DNA from: Octopus sinensis
Lineage: Eukaryota
Direction of reading: 5' to 3'
Assembly: GCF_006345805.1 (NCBI RefSeq)
Contig: NC_042997.1
Span: 70,494,001-70,558,000 of the forward strand
DNA: 64,000 nt
Positions 52,580 to 64,000 of this stretch are shown one piece after another; the first letter of the stretch is position 1, and each line of letters begins with the position of its first letter. The notes below the pieces were generated by a model. That model saw only the letters and a list, made by a program, of their open reading frames with translations, was not told the DNA's origin and did no database searches. The position numbers and the translations under genes were made by a program.

Positions 52580-52663
<84 letters not shown>

Positions 52664-54989
52664 TGCATACTGGCAAATACATGCATATACATACACACAC
52701 ATATATATATATAAATATATTTAGAAGGATTACCCATATGCACACATATGTGTGTTTGTGTGTGTGTGTGTAATACATCACTACAAAACATAACGTATTA
52801 TTTTCGGAGAGGGATGTTTTCTATGGAATTCTGAATTCAATTCCATATTTATGTAAACATTCATACAGTAGCATATTGCTATATAAACACTCAATAAACA
52901 TTGAATATATTCTCTTAAGTTTTGAAATAAAACAAAACAAATTATTTTTTATTCTTTGATCTAAACTGTAACAACATATTGTCTTAATATTTTTTGAATT
53001 CCAAAAACTAGTAATGCGATTCATGTTTGCGTTTTTATATATTTATTTATGAAAGACAAACATTTTTAAACGCTTAAAACATTTCGTCTTTTTCTTCCTT
53101 TGATCCTTTTTATTCTCGTCTTTTACTTTCTAATTCTTACTGAACTTATTTTTTTTTAATATATTTCTGGCTTATATCCTGATATATTACACAAAGTAGT
53201 AACAGGATAATGCATTAAACAGGAATGTCGGTGGGCTTGAAATTCAACATTTGAGGAGGTATGTCTACACTAGTTAGCTGCGGTTGCTGGACGTAAGGTC
53301 TGCTTAAAATGCCTGGGGTCTAATTCAGTAAAACGAATCCATAGGTTTAGGAAGTGGGACAAGACGATGAGTAGAGTGTCCGGTCTAGCCCAGAAATGGG
53401 TTGATAGAATTTATGCGGCAAACGTTTGCATCACCTCAATTAAACATCAGGACTGTGTTTTTTACTAAGCCGTGACCAGTTTTCGCTTTTATTGAATAAA
53501 CGGCTCGTAGGAGCATCAGTTTGCTTGATGAGCACTCTCTGTACAGAGGGATCGGGTTATTGCAGTATACAATGCTTAGTACTATGCCGAAGCTGCAAAA
53601 CTGAATGTCAGTGTTTATGCGTATATATGAAAGAAATTATGTATAGCAGTGTAATTAACTCCCAATGTTACGTTGATGGAGAATTAGGTGATAAAAGAAA
53701 CACTACTTCGTCAGGCAAATATGTAGGCTTCTAACATGATGAATGGGACGAGAAAAGCTTGTTGATTGCGTCTGTGCCGTTAGTCAAAGCAAGAAAGCAT
53801 CCGGTTGAGATGCTTCTAGGTTTGGTTAGTTCGATAGCAATTAGAACGATGTTCCGAACAAAGTTGTTAGCCTTAGACAGTAATGGACAAAGAGGAAGCT
53901 TATCACTGAAAGAACAACTGAAAACGATAAAAATCTTAATCGGCTCCATTGCACATATCTCCTAACCACCGTGGTGTGCGTATTTTTACCAAGCTGGATC
54001 TTCAGTAATTTCGTTCCTTGTGATCAGTTACTCTATCGACAACTATCGTTCACAATATATATATATATGGCTCGGTATGCGGTAGCTGATGACGTACAAT
54101 CATGAGCTTTGGCTGCCGCATCTGACTCCTGGACAGTGAGCAGCAATTGACACTATTTGTGAAACATATTAAGCCAGAATGTTAGCATCTGAAATGCCAT
54201 CAGGTGATCGTTATAAATTAGATTGTAAGTGAAACTGTACTAGTGGTAAGCACACTTGAAAATATTCTCTAGGAGATCTTAGATAGAGACAGAAACCAGT
54301 AAATTTATGTAATTTCTAAGAATTTCGGCTTAAGGATAATTGAAGACTTCCATAAGGATTCTGTTAGTGCTACAGAGATACTATACTTCCGAATAATCTC
54401 GTAGGACCAAAACACTGAAAGTTGGGTGCGACTGAAAGGTCCAGAGAGTAACGAAATCATTCCTCTCATACTCGTTTAGTTTCCAAATATTGCAAAATTC
54501 TATAGTTATTAGAGAAACCTGTTATTGAGAATGAAACACATCTGAATGACAGTTGCATCCTTCCTAATTTTCCTCACCGCACTCCGTTGGTAAGGAGCAA
54601 TAGATAATTTTGTTCAACCGTATGGCAAATGTGACTTTACGAAGATCACTTGAAACGAAAGAATATTCATGAGTGGATACCGTACCGCAACGTAAATTGA
54701 AGTAAAGCCCATAAATTGCTCAGTATTAAAGTAGTTATAAAATTTTGTTTGAAGGATTTATTCAGGGATGGGTAACTACAGGGACATCAGTGTGGTAGGG
54801 GTCTTCTGATTCTTGTTTGATTGTGATTCTTACCATTTATAGGTATCTTTGCTTTCTACAGTCAACCTGTTTTTATCCTATAACATGATGTTTCTCCATC
54901 TGCCTCGATAAATCTGAGAGTATTTCAGCATGTTTGTAATCATTTTGTTTAAAGTTAATATTATGTGCAGGCAACCTGAGACCAATATA

Positions 54990-55025
<36 letters not shown>

Positions 55026-55161
55026 GGTGGTGGTGGTGGTGGTGGTGGTGTATGATAGGAAGTTTTTGTTAAGTTTTGAAAAACACTAGAGACTTTGGTG
55101 ATGGTGTTTGCTGTTGGTAGCATTACTAGTTAGGTAATACTAACGACTTCTTGTATAACTG

Positions 55162-55582
55162 TTAGCCAATCTGATTATTATAAGTATCAGTGAAGGTGTT
55201 AGTTTCACTGTTTGTACATTCATTGTTGTTGTTGTTAATATTGCTGTTGCTGTTGTTGCTGGATGTGATGAAACTACTCGCGGTATTACTGGAGCAGATG
55301 GTGTTTCTGTTGGTGGTTTTGACGTCAATAGTGATGATGATGGATCCTGTTGAGGTTCTTTTTTTTGTTGACGTTGTTTCTGTTGATGTTTTTGTTGTTG
55401 GGTGTGCTACTACTACTTGTAATATTATTGGAGTATATGGTGTTGCTTGTACCACTGCTGGTGGTGGTGGTGGTGGTTCTGGTAGAAATGTGTGCTCTGC
55501 AGCTTCACTTAAATTAAAGAACTCATCCCCTACCACCTTAGTAGTTGGTGGAGAGTTTGTTTGGATAGTTCCGCTCAGAGAA
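55162..55582 (-). CDS. Candidate low-complexity Thr/Pro/Asn-rich (mucin-like) exon
   Basis: Pyrimidine-rich acceptor (tttcctgtcttttctctgag) then an open frame of ~140 codons, GTIQTNSPPTTKVVGDEFFNLSEAAEHTFLPEPPPPPPAVVQATP...NNQIG*. Other frames are also partly open, so coding status is unsure. Confidence 0.3.
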
Positions 55583-56204
55583 AAGACAGGAAAAATAAAA
55601 TATATGTGAACTTCGTTTTCCCTGACGTCAAATTTTACCCTTTTCAGTCTGTGATTTTTTGGTTTTTTCTTTATTCCCTAATATTATTATTGTTGTTGTT
55701 GTTGTTCGTATCACAGTATCCTTTGTTAGACTATTCTACCAGCCTTTGTATTACTGTTGTCTGTATTATTGACTTGTCGTTGTTGTTGATGTTGTTGTTG
55801 TTATCATCATCATCATGGTTATTATTGTGGTTGTCTTTTATTTTTGTTACTGTTTTGTGGAGAACTAACTGTTCCACCAGGTTTTATATGGAAAATATTA
55901 TTGTTGTTGTTGTTGTTGCTAGTGGTGGTGGTGGTGGTTGGCAAGGGTGTAGCTTGCATGAGATGTCAGTATCGGTAAAGTGACGTAGAAAATGACTCAT
56001 AGAACGTAGCTGAGTTTCTTTACGCGTTCAAATACAACCGAATTTGAAGTTGCATTTCACTCTTTCGGACGCGATAAAATGTAGGTCAGTTGAGTACTGT
56101 TGTCGTAATCGTTTTCACAATTGGGCCAAAATATTTTTGGTTTATATCTACTCTCCCAAAGGCTTGACCTTCAGTTTTTCCTAAATCTTGTCATTTCCTG
56201 ATTA

Positions 56205-58403
56205 CTGTGTGCAACACTCAAAAAATTACAAGAGATCTGTGACCATTTTTATATGCAAAATGACATGGGAAATCCATTTCTGGCCTTTTTTTGCTGAATT
56301 TGGCATGGTTTCTACAGAATTGTCACTGTATATTCTTTTTGTCATTATTATTAAATAAAATTCTCTACCGCATTGTAAAATGGGTTTCAACCCAGGGCTG
56401 GAGACCAATTTTAGTAACACCTGCAATGTGATTCAAAGCTTGTGTTTAATGTTATTTTTTATCATTCAGATCTTATTTGTTTTCAACAATGTGTGCAAGA
56501 CAGTGCAAAAACGATCCAAACAGATACTGTTATATCTGTGGGGAATTGACTTTAGCTAAAGAAAAGCGCAGTATTACACGCCATGTCAAGAAAATAAACA
56601 AGGCATATTGCGATTATTACTTAGGAGACCAGGATAAGTCATGGGTGTTGTCTTACATGTGTGAAGGCATTGGGTACCTGGTATGCAGGAAAAAATGTTC
56701 ACATGAAGTTTGGTGTGCCAATGATTTGGTGTGAGCAGAAAGATCACTCTAATGATTGATATTTGTCACCATGACTTTACAGGCTCTACTACAGCAAAGA
56801 AAAAAAAACACATTGTTTACCCAAATTTGCAATCAGCAATGCGCCCTGTAGAGCACTGAGAAAATTTACCTGTGCCCAAATCTCCAGATCAAGAAATGCA
56901 GAGTTCCAGCAGTACTGATGAACATTCCAGTGGTGAATGTGTGGAGCCCCATGATCTAAAAAGCGAGAATAAAACAATACCATTTTTTCAAGAGGTTCTA
57001 AATGACTTATGCAGGGATCTCTATTTAACCAAAGACAAAAGTGAGTTTCTGGCATCAAGGCTTCAAGAACGTAAGCTTCTTGAGAAAGGAGTGAAAATAA
57101 AACTGTACAGAAAACGTAAAGAGGGTCTGCTTGCATTATTCGTCATGAAGGATGACTTATGCTTTTGTAATGACATCACTGAACCTTTTGAGCCACTGGA
57201 AATACCATATGATAAACCCAACTGGCGACTTTTCATAGATGCATTCAAGGACAGCATCAAAGTTGTTCTGCTACACAATGGTAGCACTGTGCCTTCTATT
57301 CTCATAGCTTATAGCACAGCCATGAAAGAATCATATGAAAATCTAAAAGCAATTCTAACAAGCATACGGTATGATGACCATATCTGGCATATTTGTGCAG
57401 ATTTTAAGGTTGTATCCATGCTTACTGGCCTTCAGCTTAGCTATACTAAATTTTGCTGCTTCCCTGTGCTTAGGAATTCCAGAGCAAGAGCTGATTATGT
57501 ACACAAGGATTGGGCGATCAAATATGAAATTGAGCAAAGTAAACACATCATGCATAAACCACTTGTGAAAAGTGATAGAATTTGTTTACCACCTTTGCAT
57601 ATTAACTTGGTTTGTTTAAGCAAGTTGTGAAAGCCTTTGACAAGGAACCCTCCGCATTTGCATATCTTGCAGAAAAGTTACCTTCCCTGTGTCAAGCTAA
57701 AATTAAAGAAGGTTTCTTCATAGGTCCCCAAATTCGAAAAATTGTATTTGATGAAACCTTCATCACACATCTCAAGAGAAAAGAGAAGCTTGCCTTTGAG
57801 TCATTCAAGAAAGTTTGCGATAACTTCCTGGGCAACCATCGTTCAGAAGACTATGTGCAAGTTGTGAATGATCTGCTGAGTCATTATCATGATATGGGAT
57901 GTAACATGTCTCTAAAAGTTCATGTGTTTCACACTCATTTCGATTTTTTGCAGAAAATCTTGGTGATGTGAGTGATGAACATGGTGAAAGATTCCATCAG
58001 GATATTTCAGTGATGGAGCGACGATTCAAAGGAAAATGGAACCCTGGCATGTTAGCAGACTACTACTGGGGTATAAAAACAGAAGATCACACTCCACACA
58101 AGAGGCTTAGAAGGACAAAAGTTGTTTAAACTGACAGATGTGTTTTTAATTCATAACCAGTATATGTTTTGCTATACCAACTAAATTTTTTGTTTTGTTT
58201 TCTGTAACTTTCAGTATTTGCAATGTTGTGTTCAGTACGCTATATTATGCAGTATATTATAAAAAATATGGTTCATGGTACGGGGAAACGGTGCCTAATC
58301 TGGAGAAATAAAGGCCAGAATCAGAATCATGACAATAATTTGACCCAGAAACAAGTCTTACTTAACTTGTACTTTTTTTAAACCTGAAATTTGTTGCACA
58401 GTG
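56205..58403 (+). mobile_element. Chapaev3-like (CMC superfamily) DNA transposon, ~2.2 kb
   Basis: Termini C..TGTGCAACA / TGTTGCACAGTG, TTA (TWA) on both sides, Cys-rich transposase N-terminus. Superfamily assigned from recalled CAC...GTG ends and TWA TSD. Confidence 0.8.
56489..58129 (+). pseudogene. Chapaev3-like transposase, frameshifted
   Basis: MCARQCKNDPNRYCYICGE..GDQDKSW..PMIW.EQKDHSND..WRLFIDA..VLLHNG..WHICADFKV..LPPLHI..IKEG.FIGPQIR..NMSLKVH..VSDEHGERFHQDI..LADYYW. Confidence 0.88.
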
Positions 58404-58552
58404 TTAAGAGTTGTAAAAATGGACAGAAATATGAAATCACTAAACAAAATGTTTTGCCGTATTTATTATATCCTTTTCTGTTGTAGTTTCAAATACCTTG
58501 TAAGTGATCACTGACCCGCATCACCATTTATTAATTGGTCAAAAACTGTTTT

Positions 58553-58739
58553 TAATATTGGTTTGAAATTTTGGCACAAGACCAGCAATTTCCACGAGAG
58601 TATATGTCGACTGGTTCTTACTTTATCGACCTCGCAAAGATGAAAGTCGACCTCAACGAATTTGAACGCGGGACATAAAGACGGACGAAATATCGCAAAG
58701 CATTTTACCCGGCGGGCTAACTGACAGATGGTCGCCTTA
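58553..58739 (-). mobile_element. SINE family 2 (minus copy of a head-to-head pair)
   Basis: Reverse complement: aaggcgacc..gccgggtaaaatgc..atttcgtccgtcttt..ttcaaattc..gaggtcgactttcatctttgcgaggtcgataaag. Confidence 0.8.
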
Positions 58740-58767
58740 AAAATTGACATTAATATTATATTGCATT

Positions 58768-58990
58768 TAGGGCAACGAGCTGGTAGAATATTTAGCACGC
58801 CGGGCAACATGCTTAGTGGTATTTGTTCACTCATGACGTTCTTCTTTCAAATTTCACCGAGGTTGCCTTTGCCTTTTATCCTTATGGAGTGGATAAAATA
58901 AGTACCAATTGAGCAATGGCGTCGATGTAATTGACCTACGCACTCACTCGAACTTGCCGGCCTTGCGCCAAAATGTTGAAACCAGTATTA
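58768..58990 (+). mobile_element. SINE family 2 (plus copy of a head-to-head pair)
   Basis: agggcaacgagctggtagaat..ttagcacgccgggcaa.atgcttag..ttcaaatt..ccgaggt..ctttgcctt..gataaaataagtacca. Confidence 0.85.
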
Positions 58991-59786
58991 TATTACATTT
59001 AGTTCTATGCCCAGAAGTATTTTATTTGTTTGGCTTTGGGAATTTTCTTTTTTCAAAAATTTCTAAAAAACAAGAGAAAGAAATGGCATCTTTCTGTGTT
59101 CATTGTTGTTAGGCTGCAAGTTATCCATTTAGAAGCAATTTTAAAAGATTAGTGTTCGGTCGTGATTATTATTATTATTCATACAATATTACCATAAAAG
59201 TGTTGATCGGAGAAAAGCAATGTACGATACAGGTCGTATTCGGAAAGAATAGCTCTCAAGTTAGAGAAAGAGTTTAGTATAGGCTTTCGGTACTGTTATT
59301 CTTTAGGTTACATAAACCGATAAAATAAAATATCAACAAAATTGATAATTGAACATAGAGTTATTTAGGCTTTGTGATGACTGAATTATCAGAGCGTCTA
59401 ACAAAATTTTGTGATATTTGTTCTTACTCTTTATTTCTGAATTAAAATTCCGTTTGGATTGAACTTTGTATTCATTCTTTCGAGTCGATAAAATAAAGGG
59501 CAAATCAAATAATTCGACTAATGCTGACTTGAACCGATGCCGACTTGAAGCTAAACCGCATGAAATTAATGTACATAAACATCACTGTAAGGGAGCTGTC
59601 AGCATGCTCACCGATGACGTAAAATTAGAGAGGTAATTTCACATAAATACTACACTTTTGCCTTAAAAACGAGAAGGTACACTAGATTATGCTTTGAATA
59701 TATGGAAACGGCAGGGTCGCCACTAGCGTGAGACATAAGAATACCAACAACATATAAGGAGGCTTAAGAATAACAAAAATATAATA

Positions 59787-61044
59787 TTAGGTTGGCAACT
59801 AAGTTCCCACCGTTTTGATAATTTAAATTTTTTTAAAAGGTTTAATAAAAAAAACAACTAATTAGTCAATAAAGTATTCACCCTTGTTGTTTACTACTTC
59901 TTCCCAACGTTCAACAAGATTTTCAATACCTCGGTGGTAGAAATCACCCGATTTCGACTCGAAAAATTGCTCTAACCAAGCTGTCATTTCTGCATCAGTA
60001 TTGAACAAAGCTCCGCGCATAGCATTTGAAAGAGATCGAAAGAGGTGGAAATCTGCTGGTGCCAAATCAGGAGAGTACGGCGGTTGTGGTAGCACTCCCC
60101 AGCCATACGATTGAATGTCTTGCTTGGTCATGTTGGCGATATGACGGCGGGAGTTGTCGTGCTGCAAAAGAACTCCATGCTGCCGAATAGGTCTTTTCTC
60201 TTGAATAGTCGTGTAGAGTAGTTCCATCTGTTGGTTCCGTTTAAGCAATTCGTAATGGATAATCCCTTTTCAGTTCCACCATACGCACAACATCGTTTTA
60301 TGCGGATGAAGATCTTTCACGCGCGGTGTTGCTTGTTTACCGGGGCTAAGCCATTCTTTACGCTGCTTCATATTGATGTAGAGGCACGATTTTTCGTCGT
60401 CAGTAGCGATTCGGTAAAGAAATTGTTGCTTGTGTCCATGAGTTGAGTGGTGACGAGCAAGCGAACTAGCAGAGATTGTGGCTCGTTGATTTTTGTTGTT
60501 GTCACTTAAAGCATGCGGAACCCGTGCTCCATACTTCTGAACCTTTCCCATCGAGTGAAGATGCTTCTCTATAGCAATGTGGGAGCATTCCATTGTCTCT
60601 GCCAGTTCCCTTGTCGTTTGACGAGAATTTTCGTGCAAAAGTTGGTTTAATCGCCCTTCATCGAACTCAACTGGACGACCAGAACGAGGCAAGTTTTTGA
60701 GGTCAAAACTTCCATTTTTGAACATGGCATACCAATCACGAGCGGTTCTTTCAGCTATGGCACCCTCTTCATACACAGCACAAATGTCGCGAGCAGCTTT
60801 TGTGGCCTTAGAGCCTTGATTAAAAGCAAGAAGAAGAAGGAGTAAAAAATGCTCGTTTTTCTTGATATTCCATTTTAATGACCTGAAAAAAAAAAAAATT
60901 AACTAAAATTAACTAAAAAAAAAAAGACCAAAGATTCCAAAATAATTCAAAAATAGAATTCTTGAAAAATTAGATTCCGAAATTTAAAACGCAATAAATT
61001 CCAAAATTTAAAGGAACGGCGGGAACTTAATTGTGCCAACCCAA
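59787..61044 (-). mobile_element. Full-length mariner (DD34D), transposase disrupted (ATG at 60873, stop at 59862)
   Basis: TIRs TT(A/G)GGTTGGCA..TAAGTTCCC.CCGTT with TA on both sides; RSGRP, VPHAL, TDDEK, HDN-x34-D in PYSPDLAPAD. Confidence 0.95.
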
Positions 61045-62119
61045 TAGGAGGCATACGAATAATAACAACATAATCGGAGGCATAAGAATTAACAACAACA
61101 ACGGAAACATAATAGAAGGCGTAGGAATAAAAGCAGTTTAATCAAAGTGAGCTAGTATTTACGCCTTAATTCTAGCATTTAACCTTTGATGAAAACTAGC
61201 ATTATTAGTATAAGGAGTATAGATGATAAACACTTAAGTTTTAGGTATAGTTTGAGGTGACGTTCCCGACATTTATCGAAAGGAATTCGAATATTATTAG
61301 GAAATACTTGAACACCACAAACTATTCTTTACTATGTGGGAACTTAGGCATTTTGTCCATTAACGGACTAATACTTTGTATGTTTCTGTTTTGTACTAAT
61401 CCTTCACCGTTGTTATGTGGAGTTCATTGTGTTGATAGCGATGGTGGTGAGTACATTTGGAATTGGAGACAGTGTTGAAGGAACAGATTGCAGTAAAGCA
61501 AATTTCCATGTCCGGAATATTTTCTGCTCTATATCTCCATACTTCACCTTTCCTTATCTATCTATAACTTGCATTAACCTCCCGGCGTTTGTCTGTTAAA
61601 ATGGAAAGGAGTTAAAAAAGGAAAAAAAAACTATTTCAAAAATACCACCTGGTAAACCTGCCAAAATATTTTACCGACACGAACATACTTAAAACCTACC
61701 TAAATATCATATAATATGCTAACAGATTGCGTTTGTAAAGACGTCCTGAAATTTGCTTAAGAATGGCTTTCACTAAGAACTACAAACATATCACAGGATT
61801 CACAAACCATAAAACAATAAACATATTTCAAAATAAAAAGTGAAGAAATAATGAATAGAAATGAGAGTAAAAGAAATAAAGGAAAAAAGTTGTTGCTGAA
61901 GACAACGTAGTGCCTTGTATGAACTGTTTTTTAACTTTAGTGGCTACAAAATAGAAAAGGCTTGTCAACGTTTTAATGATGAATGACACAACTATCACTC
62001 AGACATACTAAATATTATGAACTTAATTTTGTTTATATTTTTATTATTGTTCTGTGCATATTTTATCTCTTTCTCATTTTGCATATGTGTGTGTTTGCCT
62101 GTAAATATGTACACACACA

Positions 62120-62161
<42 letters not shown>

Positions 62162-62964
62162 TATAAATATATATATGAAAAAAATTTCTTTAATTAGAAA
62201 TTAATTATGATATAAAATATATCTTAAAAGTAAGCACAGGTAACTGTGTGTTTTGAAACATCCCATTCATATTTCCCAGCTTCGGTCCATGACTGCCATA
62301 AAATGCAGTAGTCTCAAGTGATTATGTTTCAACCAATCAGTTACATTGGTGAGTTGACATCTTCCTACCAAATGGTGCGTAGAATATTCTGGAAGTTTTT
62401 ACTGAAGCTATATAAAAAAAGACGTGGAACTATAACTAAAAGGGGAGCTATCAAAGAAAGAAATATACTCAATTTAGTGTGACTTGAACATGCAGCACAG
62501 AAATGTTCTTCCTCGCCGATGACTCATTGACTAGTTCACAATCGCACTAAGGATAATGATACCAACGTGATACGAACTACTTAAAAAACAGACTCGTTCA
62601 AGAAAATACCATGTGAGACACCAAAATGTAGACAGCCATGTCTTAATTTTAAAATCTAAAATACTTATTTGGCGTTTAAGACGAATCCATCCGAATGTAT
62701 CAGACGCGTCTAAATTGGGCATAAAACCAAAGTTCTTGTGCGTGATGTGCGTGATGTGCGTGATGTGTTTCTATACACATGACTTCGTTATATAACGGCT
62801 TTTTGGTTGTTATTTTTAGCGAATTCAGCGTAGCCCATTCACCTGTATGAAATATTGTTTCTGCATTTCACTATTAATGATAATTTTACTAAATGTTAAT
62901 AAAAACATTAATTCTTGGTACGGCGTAAATAGATTGATATAAAAAGTTATTTGCTTATTCAAGC

Positions 62965-63659
62965 CAAAAGCGTTGCTGTGTACTAAAATGCTTGGTTCCC
63001 AGCCATATGGCTCCGGTTTAAGTCCCATTGCGTGCCCCTTGGTAAGTGTCTTCTACTATAGCCTCGAGCCGGCTAAAGCCTTGTGAGTGGATTTGATGGA
63101 AACAGAAAGAAGACCATCGTATATATATATAATATTATGATTAAGGGTATCTAAAAGATACCAACATGCTAGATAAAGCAGGCAAGACTTGACACTAAAA
63201 CCACATCAAATATTCATACAGCACCATGAGAGAAGAATTTATTAATAATTATTACCTATAATGTTTTTATTCCCATGCTAGCCACTTGATATGATCGGTA
63301 TTTTAAATAACGATCTTATCCTTATTTATATAAATACACACACACACACACACACCACACACACACATATATATATATACATATATATATACATATATAT
63401 ATATACATACATACATACGTGTGTGTTTTTGTGTGTATGTATGTCTTTGTGTCTGTGTTTTCTCCACATCAGAACTTGAAAACCGGTGTTTGTGTGCTTA
63501 CGTCCCCCTTAAATTAGCGGTTAGGCAAAAAATACCGATAAAATAATTACTAGTCTTAAAACAAAATAATTCCTAGGGTGGATTTGTTCGACTAAAACCC
63601 TTTAAGGCAGTGCTCCAACATGGCCGCAGTCAAATGACTGAAACAAGTAAAAGATAAAG
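62965..63659 (+). mobile_element. SINE family 1 with ~200 bp foreign insert in its internal microsatellite spacer
   Basis: Head 62965-63125, non-homologous AT-rich block ~63132-63325, tail 63420-63659. Confidence 0.8.
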
Positions 63660-64000
63660 GATTTATTTCTTTTTGCTAGGTTGTCACCTGTTAGAGATCA
63701 GTTGCCTAACTGAAGAAATCGGCTTGCGGAATTCATATTCCAATTCCAAATTGCTCTGTTTCTTATATACGAGCACATAGTTTTTGGCCGAAATACTTTC
63801 TCCGCGGTAACTGCAGCGTATTTGCTTTATAGCTATTAAAATATGTCACAAACATATTTTAGCTAACCTAAATTTTGCTTATGTCTAAACACCGCTTAGC
63901 GCTAGGATGATAGGTGGGAACAAAATCTTCTGCATTGCAAATATGTGGTCCGTAGCAAACAAGCTGATGTAGACCAGAAGCACACCCATCAGTGGCTACG

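Larger units (their letters stand above)
52105..52580 (-). mobile_element. Two tandem PLE terminal-repeat-type units (52105-52305, 52395-52580) separated by (TA)n
   Basis: Both contain gtattagt..., acgtttcgagcctacgctctt.cacagaaag and gctagcga; the units are related subfamilies. Confidence 0.7.

Noticed and set aside
53300-53960. GC-balanced block with 68-80 aa ORFs; possible minus-strand CR1/L2 relic
   Set aside because: Only faint motif similarity (LYTAITR), not enough to call either an exon or a LINE.
59720-61130. ~27-30 bp ggaggcataagaataacaacaacat repeats on both sides of the mariner, superficially CRISPR-like
   Set aside because: A degenerate tandem minisatellite split by the mariner insertion; no unique spacers, no cas genes, eukaryotic context.
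61340-61599. Overlapping Cys-containing or hydrophobic ORFs with a GTGAGT donor
   Set aside because: No ATG in the signal-like frame and a weak acceptor for the other; no recognisable domain.

Overview
AT-rich, microsatellite-saturated animal genomic DNA, most likely Octopus. This is an inference from the abundant tRNA-SINE families and the (TA)n/(CA)n/(AAT)n density; no database was searched. No intact, recognisable protein-coding gene was found, and most ORFs in the supplied track are microsatellite artefacts (YIYI, VCVC, HTHT, poly-N/I/L). The window is mainly transposable elements. DNA elements: a full-length Tc1 with DD36E spacing, three mariner copies, a Chapaev3-like CMC element and non-autonomous Helitrons. 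Retroelements: a near full-length R4/Dong-type LINE, Tx1, CR1, RTE and Penelope-like relics, and three SINE families. The most notable observations are: (i) a ~7.4 kb pile-up of retroelements at one (AAT)n locus, including three copies of a ~560 bp non-coding element with (AAT)n tails; (ii) minimal hammerhead-ribozyme-like motifs sharing an A6-to-U core change, plus a palindromic double-hammerhead-like hairpin; (iii) an RTE LINE with a twin-priming 5' inversion and intact TSD; (iv) a 256 bp, ~95% identical fold-back; (v) weak candidate exons, including a signal-peptide-like first coding exon and a CC-C-C-CC cysteine-rich micro-ORF. The exon calls are unverified.
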